Below are positions 1-9,355 of a DNA stretch of 64,000 nucleotides, in pieces. Each line of letters begins with the position of its first letter. Positions within the stretch are counted from its first letter, which is position 1. The notes beneath the pieces were generated by a model. The model saw only the letters and a list, made by a program, of their open reading frames with translations, was not told the origin of the DNA and searched no databases. The position numbers and the translations under genes were made by a program. Origin of the DNA: Methanobacteriota archaeon (GTDB lineage Archaea; Thermoplasmatota; Poseidoniia; Poseidoniales; Poseidoniaceae); assembly GCA_002722135.1 (NCBI GenBank), contig PBKJ01000027.1, forward strand, positions 75,833 through 139,832, written 5' to 3'.

Positions 1-1960
1 TCATGGCACGCTCAATGGCGCTGATGGCACCAGGATTCCTCGCCCATGCCCTACGGGCAACACCGTTCTCAACGTCCCAGGTGAGCATCGCTTGCGCGCG
101 TGCTCCAGCCGCTTCAGAGCCGTCCAGAAGGAGGCCAAATCCACCGTTGATGACTTCACCCCAACCGACGCCTCCGCCGTTATGGATGCTGACCCATGTG
201 GCGCCACGAAACGCATCTCCAATCACGTTCTGGACCGCCATGTCCGCAGTGAAACTGGAGCCGTCGCGGATGTTGGCGGTTTCTCTGTAGGGGCTGTCCG
301 TGCCGGAGACGTCATGATGGTCACGACCAAGGACGATTGGACCCTTGAGTCGACCGTCGGCGACGGCTCGATTCATTTCGGTGGCAATCGCGGCTCGTCC
401 GACGGCATCGGCATACAGAATGCGGGCCCTGGTCCCAACGGCCATCTGATGATCATTGGCAGATTCAATCCACCGCAGATTGTCGAGCAACTGTTGACGA
501 ATTTCGTCAGGGGCATCGCCCAACATGTTGCGGATGACCTGCGAGGCAATCGCGTCCGTGACAAGGAGGTCCTCATCCAAACCTGATGTGCACACCCAGC
601 GGTAGGGGCCAAATCCAAAATCAAAGCACATCGGACCCATGATGTCTTCCACATATGACGGATATCGGAACCCACCTTTCCCATCGGAAAGGTTCGCGCC
701 CGCCCGCGAAGCCTCGAGCAAGAAGGCATTGCCATAATCCCAGAAATACATGCCACGTTCGGCCATGGTGTCGATGGCCGCCGCATGACGGACCAGCGTC
801 AATTGAATTTCTGATCTGAACGCGTCTGGGTCTTCTGCCATCAGGGCCATGGCCTCCTTGTAAGGGCGGCCGACGGGACAATAGCCACCGCCGAAGGGAT
901 TGTGCAGGCTCGTCTGGTCGCTCCCGAGGTCGATGTTGACTTCACGTTCGATCAATCGTTCCCAGACGTCGACAATGTTTCCGACATATCCAATCGAAAC
1001 GCCGAGGCGTGCATCACGCGCCTCAACCAAGCGGTCAATGGCCAGATCGAGGTCGTCGTGAACCTCACTCAACCAGCCTTGCTCATGGCGTTTGTAGGCC
1101 GCGTGTGGGTTGACTTCACAGATCAAGCAAGCCGCACCGGTGATGACCGCAGCTTTGGCTTGCGCCCCTGACATGCCACCGAGGCCGCTGGTCACGAACG
1201 TGACGCCCCCGAGGTCTTGTTCTGGGTCAAGGCCGAGGTGCAATCTTGCCGCGTTCAGCAGGGTGATGGTGGTGCCATGGACGATGCCCTGTGGACCGAT
1301 GTACATGTACGAACCCGCGGTCATTTGGCCATACTGCGTGACGCCGAGTGCGTTCATACGGGCGAAGTCGTGCTGGGACGAATGGTTCGGGATGACCATA
1401 CCGTTGGTCACCACCACACGCGGGCTTGCGGGATGGGAGGGGAAGAGGCCGAGGGGGTGCCCGGAGTACATCGGGAGGCACTGTTCATCGGTCATGGTGG
1501 CGAGGTAACGCATCGTCAACCGATATTGCGCCCAATTCTGGAAGACAGAGCCGTTGCCGCCGTAGGTGATCAGCTCATGAGGGAATTGAGCGACGGCCGG
1601 GTCAAGGTTGTTCATGATCATCAGCATGATGGATGCGGCTTGCCTGCTCTTTGCAGGATATGCGTCGATCGGGTACGCCTTCATGGGAACGGCCGTCGGC
1701 CTGTAACGGTGCATGATGATGCGCCCGTAATGCTCCAACTCCTCGAGAAATTCACCTGCCACTTCATCGTGATGAGTTTCGGGCAGGTACCGGAGGGCGT
1801 TTTCGAGCGCCAGTCGACGCTCTGATGGACTCAAATCGATCGGCCGAGCAGGTGCATGGTCCACCGTATCGTCGAGGCTTTTGGGTGCAGGCACCTCAGA
1901 TGGGATGCCTTCGAGGATCGACGTGCGGAGGGCATCCTGCCATGAATCGCCTCCTCCCAT
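1..1960 (-). CDS. hutU: Urocanate hydratase (urocanase), 3' end truncated by window edge; possible alternative start at 1714
   Basis: Manual minus-strand translation in frame 2 gives the conserved SGLGGMSGAQAKAAVITGA motif (~1110-1195) and an N-terminal IMLMIMNNLDPAVAQFPHELITYGGNG NAD-domain motif. The frame stays open to position 1 and beyond, ending ...GAISAIERAM. It is not in the ORF track because there is no in-window stop. The first in-frame ATG after the stop at 1964-1966 is 1958-1960; M83 (1714) aligns better with bacterial HutU N-termini. Confidence 0.85.
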   Translation of the reverse strand, partial: MGGGDSWQDALRTSILEGIPSEVPAPKSLDDTVDHAPARPIDLSPSERRLALENALRYLPETHHDEVAGEFLEELEHYGRIIMHRYRPTAVPMKAYPIDAYPAKSRQAASIMLMIMNNLDPAVAQFPHELITYGGNGSVFQNWAQYRLTMRYLATMTDEQCLPMYSGHPLGLFPSHPASPRVVVTNGMVIPNHSSQHDFARMNALGVTQYGQMTAGSYMYIGPQGIVHGTTITLLNAARLHLGLDPEQDLGGVTFVTSGLGGMSGAQAKAAVITGAACLICEVNPHAAYKRHEQGWLSEVHDDLDLAIDRLVEARDARLGVSIGYVGNIVDVWERLIEREVNIDLGSDQTSLHNPFGGGYCPVGRPYKEAMALMAEDPDAFRSEIQLTLVRHAAAIDTMAERGMYFWDYGNAFLLEASRAGANLSDGKGGFRYPSYVEDIMGPMCFDFGFGPYRWVCTSGLDEDLLVTDAIASQVIRNMLGDAPDEIRQQLLDNLRWIESANDHQMAVGTRARILYADAVGRAAIATEMNRAVADGRLKGPIVLGRDHHDVSGTDSPYRETANIRDGSSFTADMAVQNVIGDAFRGATWVSIHNGGGVGWGEVINGGFGLLLDGSEAAGARAQAMLTWDVENGVARRAWARNPGAISAIERAM

Positions 1961-2048
1961 GAATCACGCTCTGCGTCGCGACCTTTGTGGTTTGTCCATG
2001 CTAAACGAGGTGCTGAGACTTGAAATACGACCATTGAACCCACGACGC

Positions 2049-3893
2049 ATGGACGAGAAGCAGGGCCTCAACAGGCTCAGCACCGGAACCATCCTCGGTT
2101 CCACCATCGCCGTGTCCATCGTTGCGATTTTCCTTGCCATGATCGCTTCGCCGCTGGTCGAGGAGGGAATGCAGAGCAATCCCACCGCTGAGCTTCGCGT
2201 ACCGGTATGGGAAAGGGCCGGATTGCCGTATGACGTGACCTCAGATTTTGGTAGCGTGCTCGAACTTGGACCATACACGCCATTGGCGACACAGAACGAG
2301 TGGAATTCCACCCACGTGTTTGTCGAATACGAGTTGCCCCTGAGCGAAGGGGGAGCAGCAGCAACCGGACCCGTGATTTCCTTGGCGTACTGGCGCCCCG
2401 ACGTTCCGGAAGGCGTTCAAGTGCCGGTCATTGCGGAATTTGGACCCTATTTCCAAGAGCCAAGTGTCGAAACGCCGACGATTGAAGTGCCTGGGTCCTG
2501 GCTTGGCCAAATGGTCGTCGATCAGCTGCTGCCCCACGGCTATGCGTTCGCTCAGGTCTCCGTCACGGGGACTGGGCGCTCAAACCACTGCATGGACCTC
2601 ATGGGCTTCGCAGAGCAAGAGGGCGTGGATGCGGCCGTCACGTGGCTTGGAGCACAAAATTGGTCCAACGGCGCGGTCGCCATGATCGGCAAGTCGTACG
2701 ATGGGAGTACGCCATGGCAAGCCGCCATGTACGGCAACGAGGCCCTCAAGACCATCGTGCCCATTTCAGGATTGATTGGCGTCAAGGAACTCATGTGGCG
2801 GAACGGCTCTGCAGAAGCACGTGCGCCTATCATGCACAACGGCGTGTACGGTTCATACGGCCTTGATGGCGATGAAGAGGACTACCAGAACATCTGTCCA
2901 GACTACCTTATTGGCCCGGGTACTGGCGTTTCTGCTTGGTTTTTCGGCTCCGAAGTGGCCGGCGATTATTGGGCAGAACGGTATTTCTTGGACCGCGTGA
3001 TTGAGAACTACGAAGGAAGCGTGTACCTGATTCAAGGCATGCACGACTGGAACGTGGATCCACACATGGCCGTGCCAACGATGAACCGGTTGATCGATGC
3101 CGGTATCGAAGCGAGGGGTTTGTTTGGACAGTGGGACCACGATTATCCCGATCGGCCCGTGCAACTCGACGATCGCAGTGAGCTCGGTGGATGGGGAGGT
3201 GAAGCCTTCCCCCAGATGGTCCGCTACGATTGGATGCAGGACCTCCACGAATGGTTCGATTACTACCTCAAGGACATCGGACCACAACCTGGCCAGTGGA
3301 TTGAGGTCCAATCCAACCATGGTCAATGGCGCATCGAAGACCGCTATCCCCCTGCTGACACCACAGAGGTTGTGATGCAGCTGGGGGCTGAACTGTCGCT
3401 TGAGAGCGGTGGCTTGACGGTGCTGCCGGACACCACAACCGGCCCCACATGGACGTCCGAACCACTGGCCGAGGACATGCAGATTGTCGGCACGCCCCGA
3501 CTCCACGTCGAGGTCCGCACAGCGACCGTCGGTGGTCAGCTCTATGCCCTGCTCGAATCATGCAACGACGGCACATGCATCCACGTCGGCCATGCCATCA
3601 TGGACCTCAGGTACCATGCCGGTGGCGACGAGATTCAGACCTGGGCGGCGCCGCTTCAGACCATCACCGCACTGATGGAATTCATGCCGCTCGACGCTGA
3701 CGTTCAAGCAGGAGACACGTTGAGGTTGACCTTGTCGTCGACAGGGATGGATTACCTCCCTGCATCGACGTCCTCGGTGGTGACCGTACTGGAAGGTGAA
3801 GGGAGCACGCTCCAGTTGGACTTGGTCGACTTGGATCAACGACGCTTGTTCGACCCACCGGCATGCCTGCATGAGCGTTGTCTGGCGGTTTGA
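2049..3893 (+). CDS. Xaa-Pro dipeptidyl-peptidase / CocE-NonD family (peptidase S15) hydrolase with N-terminal signal-anchor helix
   Basis: ORF 1881..3893; motifs GKSYDGSTPWQAAMYG and a HD..D catalytic region typical of S15/CocE hydrolases. Internal ATG at 2049 (MDEKQGLNRLSTGT + hydrophobic helix) avoids overlap with the divergent hutU; an alternative ATG lies at 1998. Confidence 0.7.
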   Translation: MDEKQGLNRLSTGTILGSTIAVSIVAIFLAMIASPLVEEGMQSNPTAELRVPVWERAGLPYDVTSDFGSVLELGPYTPLATQNEWNSTHVFVEYELPLSEGGAAATGPVISLAYWRPDVPEGVQVPVIAEFGPYFQEPSVETPTIEVPGSWLGQMVVDQLLPHGYAFAQVSVTGTGRSNHCMDLMGFAEQEGVDAAVTWLGAQNWSNGAVAMIGKSYDGSTPWQAAMYGNEALKTIVPISGLIGVKELMWRNGSAEARAPIMHNGVYGSYGLDGDEEDYQNICPDYLIGPGTGVSAWFFGSEVAGDYWAERYFLDRVIENYEGSVYLIQGMHDWNVDPHMAVPTMNRLIDAGIEARGLFGQWDHDYPDRPVQLDDRSELGGWGGEAFPQMVRYDWMQDLHEWFDYYLKDIGPQPGQWIEVQSNHGQWRIEDRYPPADTTEVVMQLGAELSLESGGLTVLPDTTTGPTWTSEPLAEDMQIVGTPRLHVEVRTATVGGQLYALLESCNDGTCIHVGHAIMDLRYHAGGDEIQTWAAPLQTITALMEFMPLDADVQAGDTLRLTLSSTGMDYLPASTSSVVTVLEGEGSTLQLDLVDLDQRRLFDPPACLHERCLAV

Positions 3894-3898
3894 GGGCA

Positions 3899-6193
3899 TC
3901 ATTCTTCTTCGGATGATACCGTTTCATCGCCAATCAAACTGACTTCGATCCATTTGCTGGTCGGGGTGTTTGACACGGCCGCGGTGGAGTCCAACGGGAC
4001 GAGCACGTTGGCCTCAGGAAAGTAGCTGGCCAAGTTTCCCTTGGGGATGGCGTATGGCACCAGCAGCCAGCCGTCGGAACGGCGCTCTTCACCTTTCCAG
4101 TGCCCAATCAAATCCACACGGTGGCCGGTCTTCCATCCACGCTCGGCCATTTCTTCCGCGTTCATGAACACGACACGACGGTTGCCCTTGACGCCGCGGT
4201 AACGGTCTTCCAAGCCGTAAATCGTGGTGTTGTATTGGTCGTGAGACCGCAAGGTCATCATGATGTGTGTGCCCCCGTGTTGAGGCACCAAGTCCGGCAA
4301 CGCATGGAGTGTGAACTCGGCGAGACCGCTCGCGGTGTTGAACTTGGCCTTGTCGCGGGGCGGATTCGGCAACTCGAAGCCGTTTGGGGACCGAACGCGT
4401 TCGTTGTATGCATCAAAACCCGGAATGGAGGCCTCAATCAAATCACGAATTCCGTCGTAGTTTTGTGCCAGCCCTCGCCAGTCAATGGATTCGTCGTCAA
4501 GCGAACGCGCCGCGATTTCAGCGACAATCCAAGGCTCAGAGCGCAGGTCCTTGGATGCGGGATCGAGCCGACCTTGAGACCGGTGTACGATGCCCATGGA
4601 ATTCTCGACGGTCACAAACTGAGGTGACCCGTCTTGGAGGTCGATTTCGGTGCGCCCGAGGCATGGCAGGATGAGGACGTCGCCGTTGGTGGGTATCATG
4701 TGCGAACGGTTCGGTTTCGTGGAGACATGAACCACCAACCCCACCTCGCCGATGGCTGAGGCGGTTCGTTCCGTGTCTGGCGCTGCAGAAACAAGATTTC
4801 CACCCATGGCCATGAGCACATCCACGCCCCCTGCTTCCATCGCTCGAATGGCGTGGACGACATCGTATCCATGCGACCGAGGCATGGCCACGCCGGTACC
4901 TTCCTGCATCTTGTCCAAGAAAGACTCTGTCGGGGCTTCCCAGATGCCGACGGTTCGGTCGCCCTGGACGTTCGAGTGGCCACGTACAGGACATAGTCCG
5001 GCGCCCGGCCGGCCAATGTGGCCACCGAGGAGCAGGAGGTTGACCACTTCTTGAATGACCGCGACACCGTTCCGATGTTGCGTCAAACCCATGGCCCAAC
5101 AGGCGATGGTCGCTTTGCTCTCGTTCAGCATCTTCGCCGCCGATTCAATCATGGCTTGGTCCAAACCCGTGTCGTCGGTGATACGTTGCCAATCAATGTC
5201 CTGCCGCGCTTCCGCCAAGGCATCGAAACCGCTGGTGGACGCGTCGATGAAGGACGTGTCCACAGCGCCGTGCGTGATGGCCAAGTGTTGCAGCGCTTGG
5301 AGGAGCGCGGCGTCACCGCCGATTCGGACAGGAAGGTGGAGATCGGCCAGTTGATCGTCAAAGAGGTCCATGCGCATGTAGTCTTGCGGGTGCTTGAAGC
5401 GCTCGAGTCCAGCCTCAGGAAGCGGGTTCACGTGGATGATGCGTGCTCCTTTGCGCTTTGCATCTCGGAGGGAAGTCAACATCCTCGGATGGTTGGTGCC
5501 TGGGTTCTGACCGATGACCACAATCACATCGGCCTCATCGAAGTCCGACAAGCGAACCGTGCCCTTGCCGATGCCAATGGTGCTTCCGAGGGCTTTCCCG
5601 CTGGACTCGTGGCACATGTTCGAGCAGTCGGGGAGGTTGTTGGTCCCGAGACTACGGACCATGAGTTGGTACAGGAAGGCAGCTTCGTTGCTCGTCCGGC
5701 CAGAGGTGTAAAACACGGCACGATCAGGGTCGTCAAGACGCTTGAGTCGCTCACCGATCATGCCCAAAGCATCGTCCCACGAGATTGATTCGTAGCGGTC
5801 GTGGTCCTTACGGCGGAGCACTGGTTGGGTGAGTCGACCAAGCCCCCCAAGGTCGTAATCGCTCATTTGTGACCAGTCAGCAATCGACTTTGAAGCAAAG
5901 CGCTCGGCTGTGAAGCGGGCGGACATGGCTTCCTCTGCGACCGCCTTCGCTCCGTTTTCGCAAAACTCGAATCCAGAGCGGTGTTCAGGATCAGGCCAAG
6001 CGCATCCAGGGCAGTCAAAACCCTCCTGTTGGTTGACCGTCCGTAGTGTCTTCCAGGTCCGTCGAACACCCATTCGACGGATGCCGTGTTGCGCGCTTGA
6101 GATGACGGCAGGGATGCCTGCTGCTCGCTTTTTCGGTGCGCTGACGTGGAGTGGACGGTGGTCATCCGGTGTTCGACCTGGATGATTCCCCAT
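3899..6193 (-). CDS. Molybdopterin oxidoreductase, formate-dehydrogenase-alpha-like (YdeP/FdhF-like family)
   Basis: 764 aa; N-terminal Cys cluster FDCPGCAWPDP, molybdopterin-binding core motifs, no in-frame TGA, adjacent to fdhD. Confidence 0.65.
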   Translation of the reverse strand: MGNHPGRTPDDHRPLHVSAPKKRAAGIPAVISSAQHGIRRMGVRRTWKTLRTVNQQEGFDCPGCAWPDPEHRSGFEFCENGAKAVAEEAMSARFTAERFASKSIADWSQMSDYDLGGLGRLTQPVLRRKDHDRYESISWDDALGMIGERLKRLDDPDRAVFYTSGRTSNEAAFLYQLMVRSLGTNNLPDCSNMCHESSGKALGSTIGIGKGTVRLSDFDEADVIVVIGQNPGTNHPRMLTSLRDAKRKGARIIHVNPLPEAGLERFKHPQDYMRMDLFDDQLADLHLPVRIGGDAALLQALQHLAITHGAVDTSFIDASTSGFDALAEARQDIDWQRITDDTGLDQAMIESAAKMLNESKATIACWAMGLTQHRNGVAVIQEVVNLLLLGGHIGRPGAGLCPVRGHSNVQGDRTVGIWEAPTESFLDKMQEGTGVAMPRSHGYDVVHAIRAMEAGGVDVLMAMGGNLVSAAPDTERTASAIGEVGLVVHVSTKPNRSHMIPTNGDVLILPCLGRTEIDLQDGSPQFVTVENSMGIVHRSQGRLDPASKDLRSEPWIVAEIAARSLDDESIDWRGLAQNYDGIRDLIEASIPGFDAYNERVRSPNGFELPNPPRDKAKFNTASGLAEFTLHALPDLVPQHGGTHIMMTLRSHDQYNTTIYGLEDRYRGVKGNRRVVFMNAEEMAERGWKTGHRVDLIGHWKGEERRSDGWLLVPYAIPKGNLASYFPEANVLVPLDSTAAVSNTPTSKWIEVSLIGDETVSSEEE

Positions 6194-6216
6194 GGGAGCC
6201 CCTCAGCGCCGTTGAT

Positions 6217-6996
6217 TCAAGACTTTGTGGCCGCTGAAGGCCATGGGCCCACGAATTGTGGATGTTCACCTGCCGCGAATCCCATCACAAGGATGCCGTG
6301 TTTCCGAGCAAGTTGAGCGGCTTGGCCGGACATCGCCCCAACACAGGCCACTTGTTGAATTCCGGTTCGAACGGCTTTGGCCATGAGGTCCCAACCGCAC
6401 CGACCGGAAAGGAGCAAAGCAGCGGGGCGCTGCTGGTCATGATCGACCAACCATGCTCCGATGACCTTGTCGACGGCCGTGTGCCGCCCGATGTCCTCAC
6501 GGAGCACATGATGCCCGTCGTGCGAGACCAACATTGCTGCATGAACCCCGCCCGTCTTCTCGAACATGGGTTGCAGTGCTTTCATCTCGCGCAGGATGGA
6601 CCTCAGTCGAGCGGAATCAAGTGCTGATTGACCAGCAAAGCGGACGCCGAGTGGGGGTGAGGCCATGGCGTCACCGCAACCACCGCACGACGGTTGAATG
6701 AGGCGAGATTCTCGGAGGGGGCCCCACGAAGACGCACCACTCATCCTCAAGGCGTATCCGTCCTCATGATGCTCGACCTCCACCAAAGGGAGTGGTCCCT
6801 CTCCGCTCCACCATCCCTCCGACAAAGCGTGCCCAATGGCAAACTCACGGAGATCATGAGGCGTGGCGAGAACGCTGACCTCGTGACCGGCTTCGGTGGT
6901 GAGCGCAACATAGGCTTCGTTGGCGAAGTCATCAACGCCGGGGACAAAACCGGAGCCGTCACGTCTCAGAATCGGAAGCCGTTGGGTCGACGTCAT
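6217..6996 (-). CDS. fdhD: Formate dehydrogenase accessory sulfurtransferase FdhD
   Basis: 259 aa; ...LLSGRCGWDLMAKAV...ACVGAMS motifs typical of FdhD; neighbour of the Mo-oxidoreductase. Confidence 0.75.
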   Translation of the reverse strand: MTSTQRLPILRRDGSGFVPGVDDFANEAYVALTTEAGHEVSVLATPHDLREFAIGHALSEGWWSGEGPLPLVEVEHHEDGYALRMSGASSWGPLRESRLIQPSCGGCGDAMASPPLGVRFAGQSALDSARLRSILREMKALQPMFEKTGGVHAAMLVSHDGHHVLREDIGRHTAVDKVIGAWLVDHDQQRPAALLLSGRCGWDLMAKAVRTGIQQVACVGAMSGQAAQLARKHGILVMGFAAGEHPQFVGPWPSAATKS

Positions 6997-7535
6997 GTGG
7001 AGGGCTCCCGTTCGATATCAAAAAATTCGAATTGGAGATCAACCAATTCAGATGACGATGTTGCTCCAGCATACGCCTCGAGCGGTTCAGCGTTGAGTTC
7101 CAGAAAGCGCCCACCCCATCGCACGCAACCGAGCACCTCCTCCGCCTGTGCGACGTGACCCGCCAACACCAAGGTCGCTGCAATCGCTTCAACGGTCGAG
7201 AGTCGCCCTGGTTTACCCCAATTCACAGGATTGGCCGCCAAGAGGAGTGGGAGCATGCGGTGCTTGAGGCGTGTTCGGCGGTCAATCGATGCGACGGACG
7301 CATCGATTTGCGCCCAACTGCAATCAAGCGCAACGAGCGACCCAGTGTCGAAGAGATGGTGGTCTTCTGGCCCGAAGACTTTGCCACAAAGCGGATCGAG
7401 AAGAATCCCTCGACGTGGTACGCGCTTGAGGTCTTTGTGAAGAATGAGGTCGCCCCGTTTCGAAGAACGCACGGCGGTGTTCTTCTTGGGGTCGTCCTGC
7501 GCCAGCCAAATCGCGTGAACGGAGACGGCGGTCAA
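6993..7535 (-). CDS. tsr3: Tsr3-family 16S/18S rRNA aminocarboxypropyltransferase
   Basis: 180 aa with the conserved DCSW motif (LVALDCSWAQ) and Tsr3-like layout; 4-nt overlap with fdhD. Confidence 0.6.
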   Translation of the reverse strand: MTAVSVHAIWLAQDDPKKNTAVRSSKRGDLILHKDLKRVPRRGILLDPLCGKVFGPEDHHLFDTGSLVALDCSWAQIDASVASIDRRTRLKHRMLPLLLAANPVNWGKPGRLSTVEAIAATLVLAGHVAQAEEVLGCVRWGGRFLELNAEPLEAYAGATSSSELVDLQFEFFDIEREPST

Positions 7536-7538
7536 GGA

Positions 7539-8018
7539 TCATCGCGCTCCGTTGAGGTAATCACCAAGGGTGAAGCCGCCGCCACTTCCACCGCCAATTT
7601 GGCGATGTTCTTCCGGCGTATACTCCTCCATGAGGGTCACGGAAAGCACGCGCTCAAATTTTGAAATCACAGCGTCGGTCGGCCGTCGGCCGGACTCGCT
7701 TGATTTGATGACATTGACTTTCTCGGCCATTTTCCGAGCAAGTTCTTCCTGACTCCAGCCCTTGCCAGATCGCGCTTTCCTGATGCGCTGGCCGAAATCA
7801 TCCGCCAAGACGCGTTCGGAGCGCCGCATCAAGCCGGCCTTCTTTTGTTGACGTGGGGCGGGCGTTCTTCTCGCCGCTTGGGCCAAGCCGGGAGCAACAT
7901 TGCGATCCCCTGCACCAAGACGCTCAGCGCAGCGGTGGCACGCAGAGACGTTCGCCCTACCCATCGGGACGGTGCGTGTCCCGACGTTCATGGCACCGCA
8001 AACTTCGCACTCACCCAT
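7539..8018 (-). CDS. mbf1: Archaeal multiprotein bridging factor 1 (Zn-ribbon + HTH XRE)
   Basis: N-terminal CEVCG...CHRC zinc ribbon and C-terminal HTH (LRKARSGKGWSQEELARKM). Confidence 0.7.
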   Translation of the reverse strand: MGECEVCGAMNVGTRTVPMGRANVSACHRCAERLGAGDRNVAPGLAQAARRTPAPRQQKKAGLMRRSERVLADDFGQRIRKARSGKGWSQEELARKMAEKVNVIKSSESGRRPTDAVISKFERVLSVTLMEEYTPEEHRQIGGGSGGGFTLGDYLNGAR

Positions 8019-8065
8019 AATTGGACCATGGGCAGGGAGCCCTTACGGCTTCCGGCTCAACATTT

Positions 8066-8078
8066 CGATTTTTTATAC
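8066..8078 (+). promoter_or_regulatory. TATA-box-like element (TTTTTTATA) in the mbf1/pan divergent intergenic region, ~20-25 nt upstream of the pan ATGs
   Basis: AT-rich octamer in otherwise 62% GC DNA; the spacing fits an archaeal TATA at about -26 relative to a leaderless or short-leader pan transcript. Confidence 0.4.
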
Positions 8079-8098
8079 CGTGGAGCGAGTCCATGCTC

Positions 8099-9313
8099 AT
8101 GTCCGAAGTGGATGCCAGCCCACGGACGGACGTCGGGAAGACCGACGACCTCGTGGAAATGGAGCGCAACATCCGACGGCTTCAGGAGCAAGCCAAGGAC
8201 CTGAATCAAGCACGGCACGCCTTGGAGGGCGACGTGCGAGCCTTGCGCAAGAAAGCGACGAGGCTTGAGGATGAAATCGCCCACCTCAAGAGTCCACCCA
8301 TGATCATTGGTACCCTCCAAGACATGCTTGGCCCTCGCACGGCCATCGTCAAATCTTCAAACGGCACCGTCTTCCAAGTGGCGGTCAACGAGCGGCTTGA
8401 TGCGGACAAACTTCGGCCTGGTGCTCGCGTTGCGATGAACCAAGACAGCTTGGCCATCATTGAGTTGCTCCACGACGCGTGGGACCCGATGGTGAGCGGC
8501 GCGGAGATGATCGAAGCACCAAACGTCTCGTATGGCGACGTGGCCGGACTGGAGGAGGAGATCACGCTCGTCAAAGAGGCCGTCGAATTGCCGCTTCGAA
8601 ATCCTGCCCTGTTCACCAAAGTTGGCGTGACGCCACCCAAAGGCGTTCTTCTGGTTGGGCCACCCGGTTGCGGCAAGACGCTGTTGGCCAAGGCAGTCGC
8701 CAATTCCACAGAAGCCACCTTCATCCGCATGGTGGGCAGCGAACTTGCTCAGAAGTACATCGGCGAGGGTGGCCGCTTGGTGAGGGAGCTGTTCGCGTTG
8801 GCGAAGGAGAAGGCACCTAGCATCATTTTCCTCGATGAAATTGACGCCATCGGCGCCAAGCGACTTGACGGCTCCACCAGCGGTGACCGCGAAGTCCAGA
8901 GGACCCTCATGCAATTGCTGGCCGAACTCGACGGTTTCGACCAATTGGACGACGTGAAAATCATCGCCGCAACCAATCGACCGGACATCCTTGACGATGC
9001 CCTGCTCCGTCCAGGTCGTTTCGATCGCGTCATCGAAATCGGCCTCCCCAAGGACGAAGGCCGCAAAGCCATCCTGGATTTGCATCTCTCCTCGATGTCC
9101 ACCCGTCGCGTGGATGTTGGCGCGATGGTCGGGCCGACCAAGGGGTTCTCCGGCGCAGAATTGGCCGCCACATGTGTTGAAGCCGGCATGATTGCCATCC
9201 GCGATGGACGCACACAAGTTCGACAATCCGATCTGAAGGATGCGGTCGCTAAAATCGCCGAAAAGCGCGCCCACGCCGGAACGCGGAAAGATCCGACACA
9301 TCTGTACGCCTGA
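8099..9313 (+). CDS. pan: Proteasome-activating nucleotidase PAN (AAA+ ATPase), C-terminal HbYX (LYA)
   Basis: Coiled-coil N-terminus, OB region, Walker A GPPGCGKT, Walker B IIFLDEIDA, second region of homology, C-terminal ...HLYA. The track ORF starts at 8021 (TTG), but ATGs at 8093/8099 downstream of the TATA are more plausible. Confidence 0.85.
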   Translation: MSEVDASPRTDVGKTDDLVEMERNIRRLQEQAKDLNQARHALEGDVRALRKKATRLEDEIAHLKSPPMIIGTLQDMLGPRTAIVKSSNGTVFQVAVNERLDADKLRPGARVAMNQDSLAIIELLHDAWDPMVSGAEMIEAPNVSYGDVAGLEEEITLVKEAVELPLRNPALFTKVGVTPPKGVLLVGPPGCGKTLLAKAVANSTEATFIRMVGSELAQKYIGEGGRLVRELFALAKEKAPSIIFLDEIDAIGAKRLDGSTSGDREVQRTLMQLLAELDGFDQLDDVKIIAATNRPDILDDALLRPGRFDRVIEIGLPKDEGRKAILDLHLSSMSTRRVDVGAMVGPTKGFSGAELAATCVEAGMIAIRDGRTQVRQSDLKDAVAKIAEKRAHAGTRKDPTHLYA

Positions 9314-9355
9314 GACGCCCAACGTTCAAGGACGGCTGATGAGGACCGCGCGGAC

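Noticed and set aside
1217-1825. 202-aa plus-strand ORF and other plus/minus ORFs across 1..1960
   Set aside because: They are shadow frames of hutU, which occupies minus frame 2 across the whole interval.
3899-6193. Selenocysteine-containing formate dehydrogenase
   Set aside because: The ORF is uninterrupted with no in-frame TGA. The catalytic residue is presumably Cys, and no SECIS-like context was looked for beyond that.
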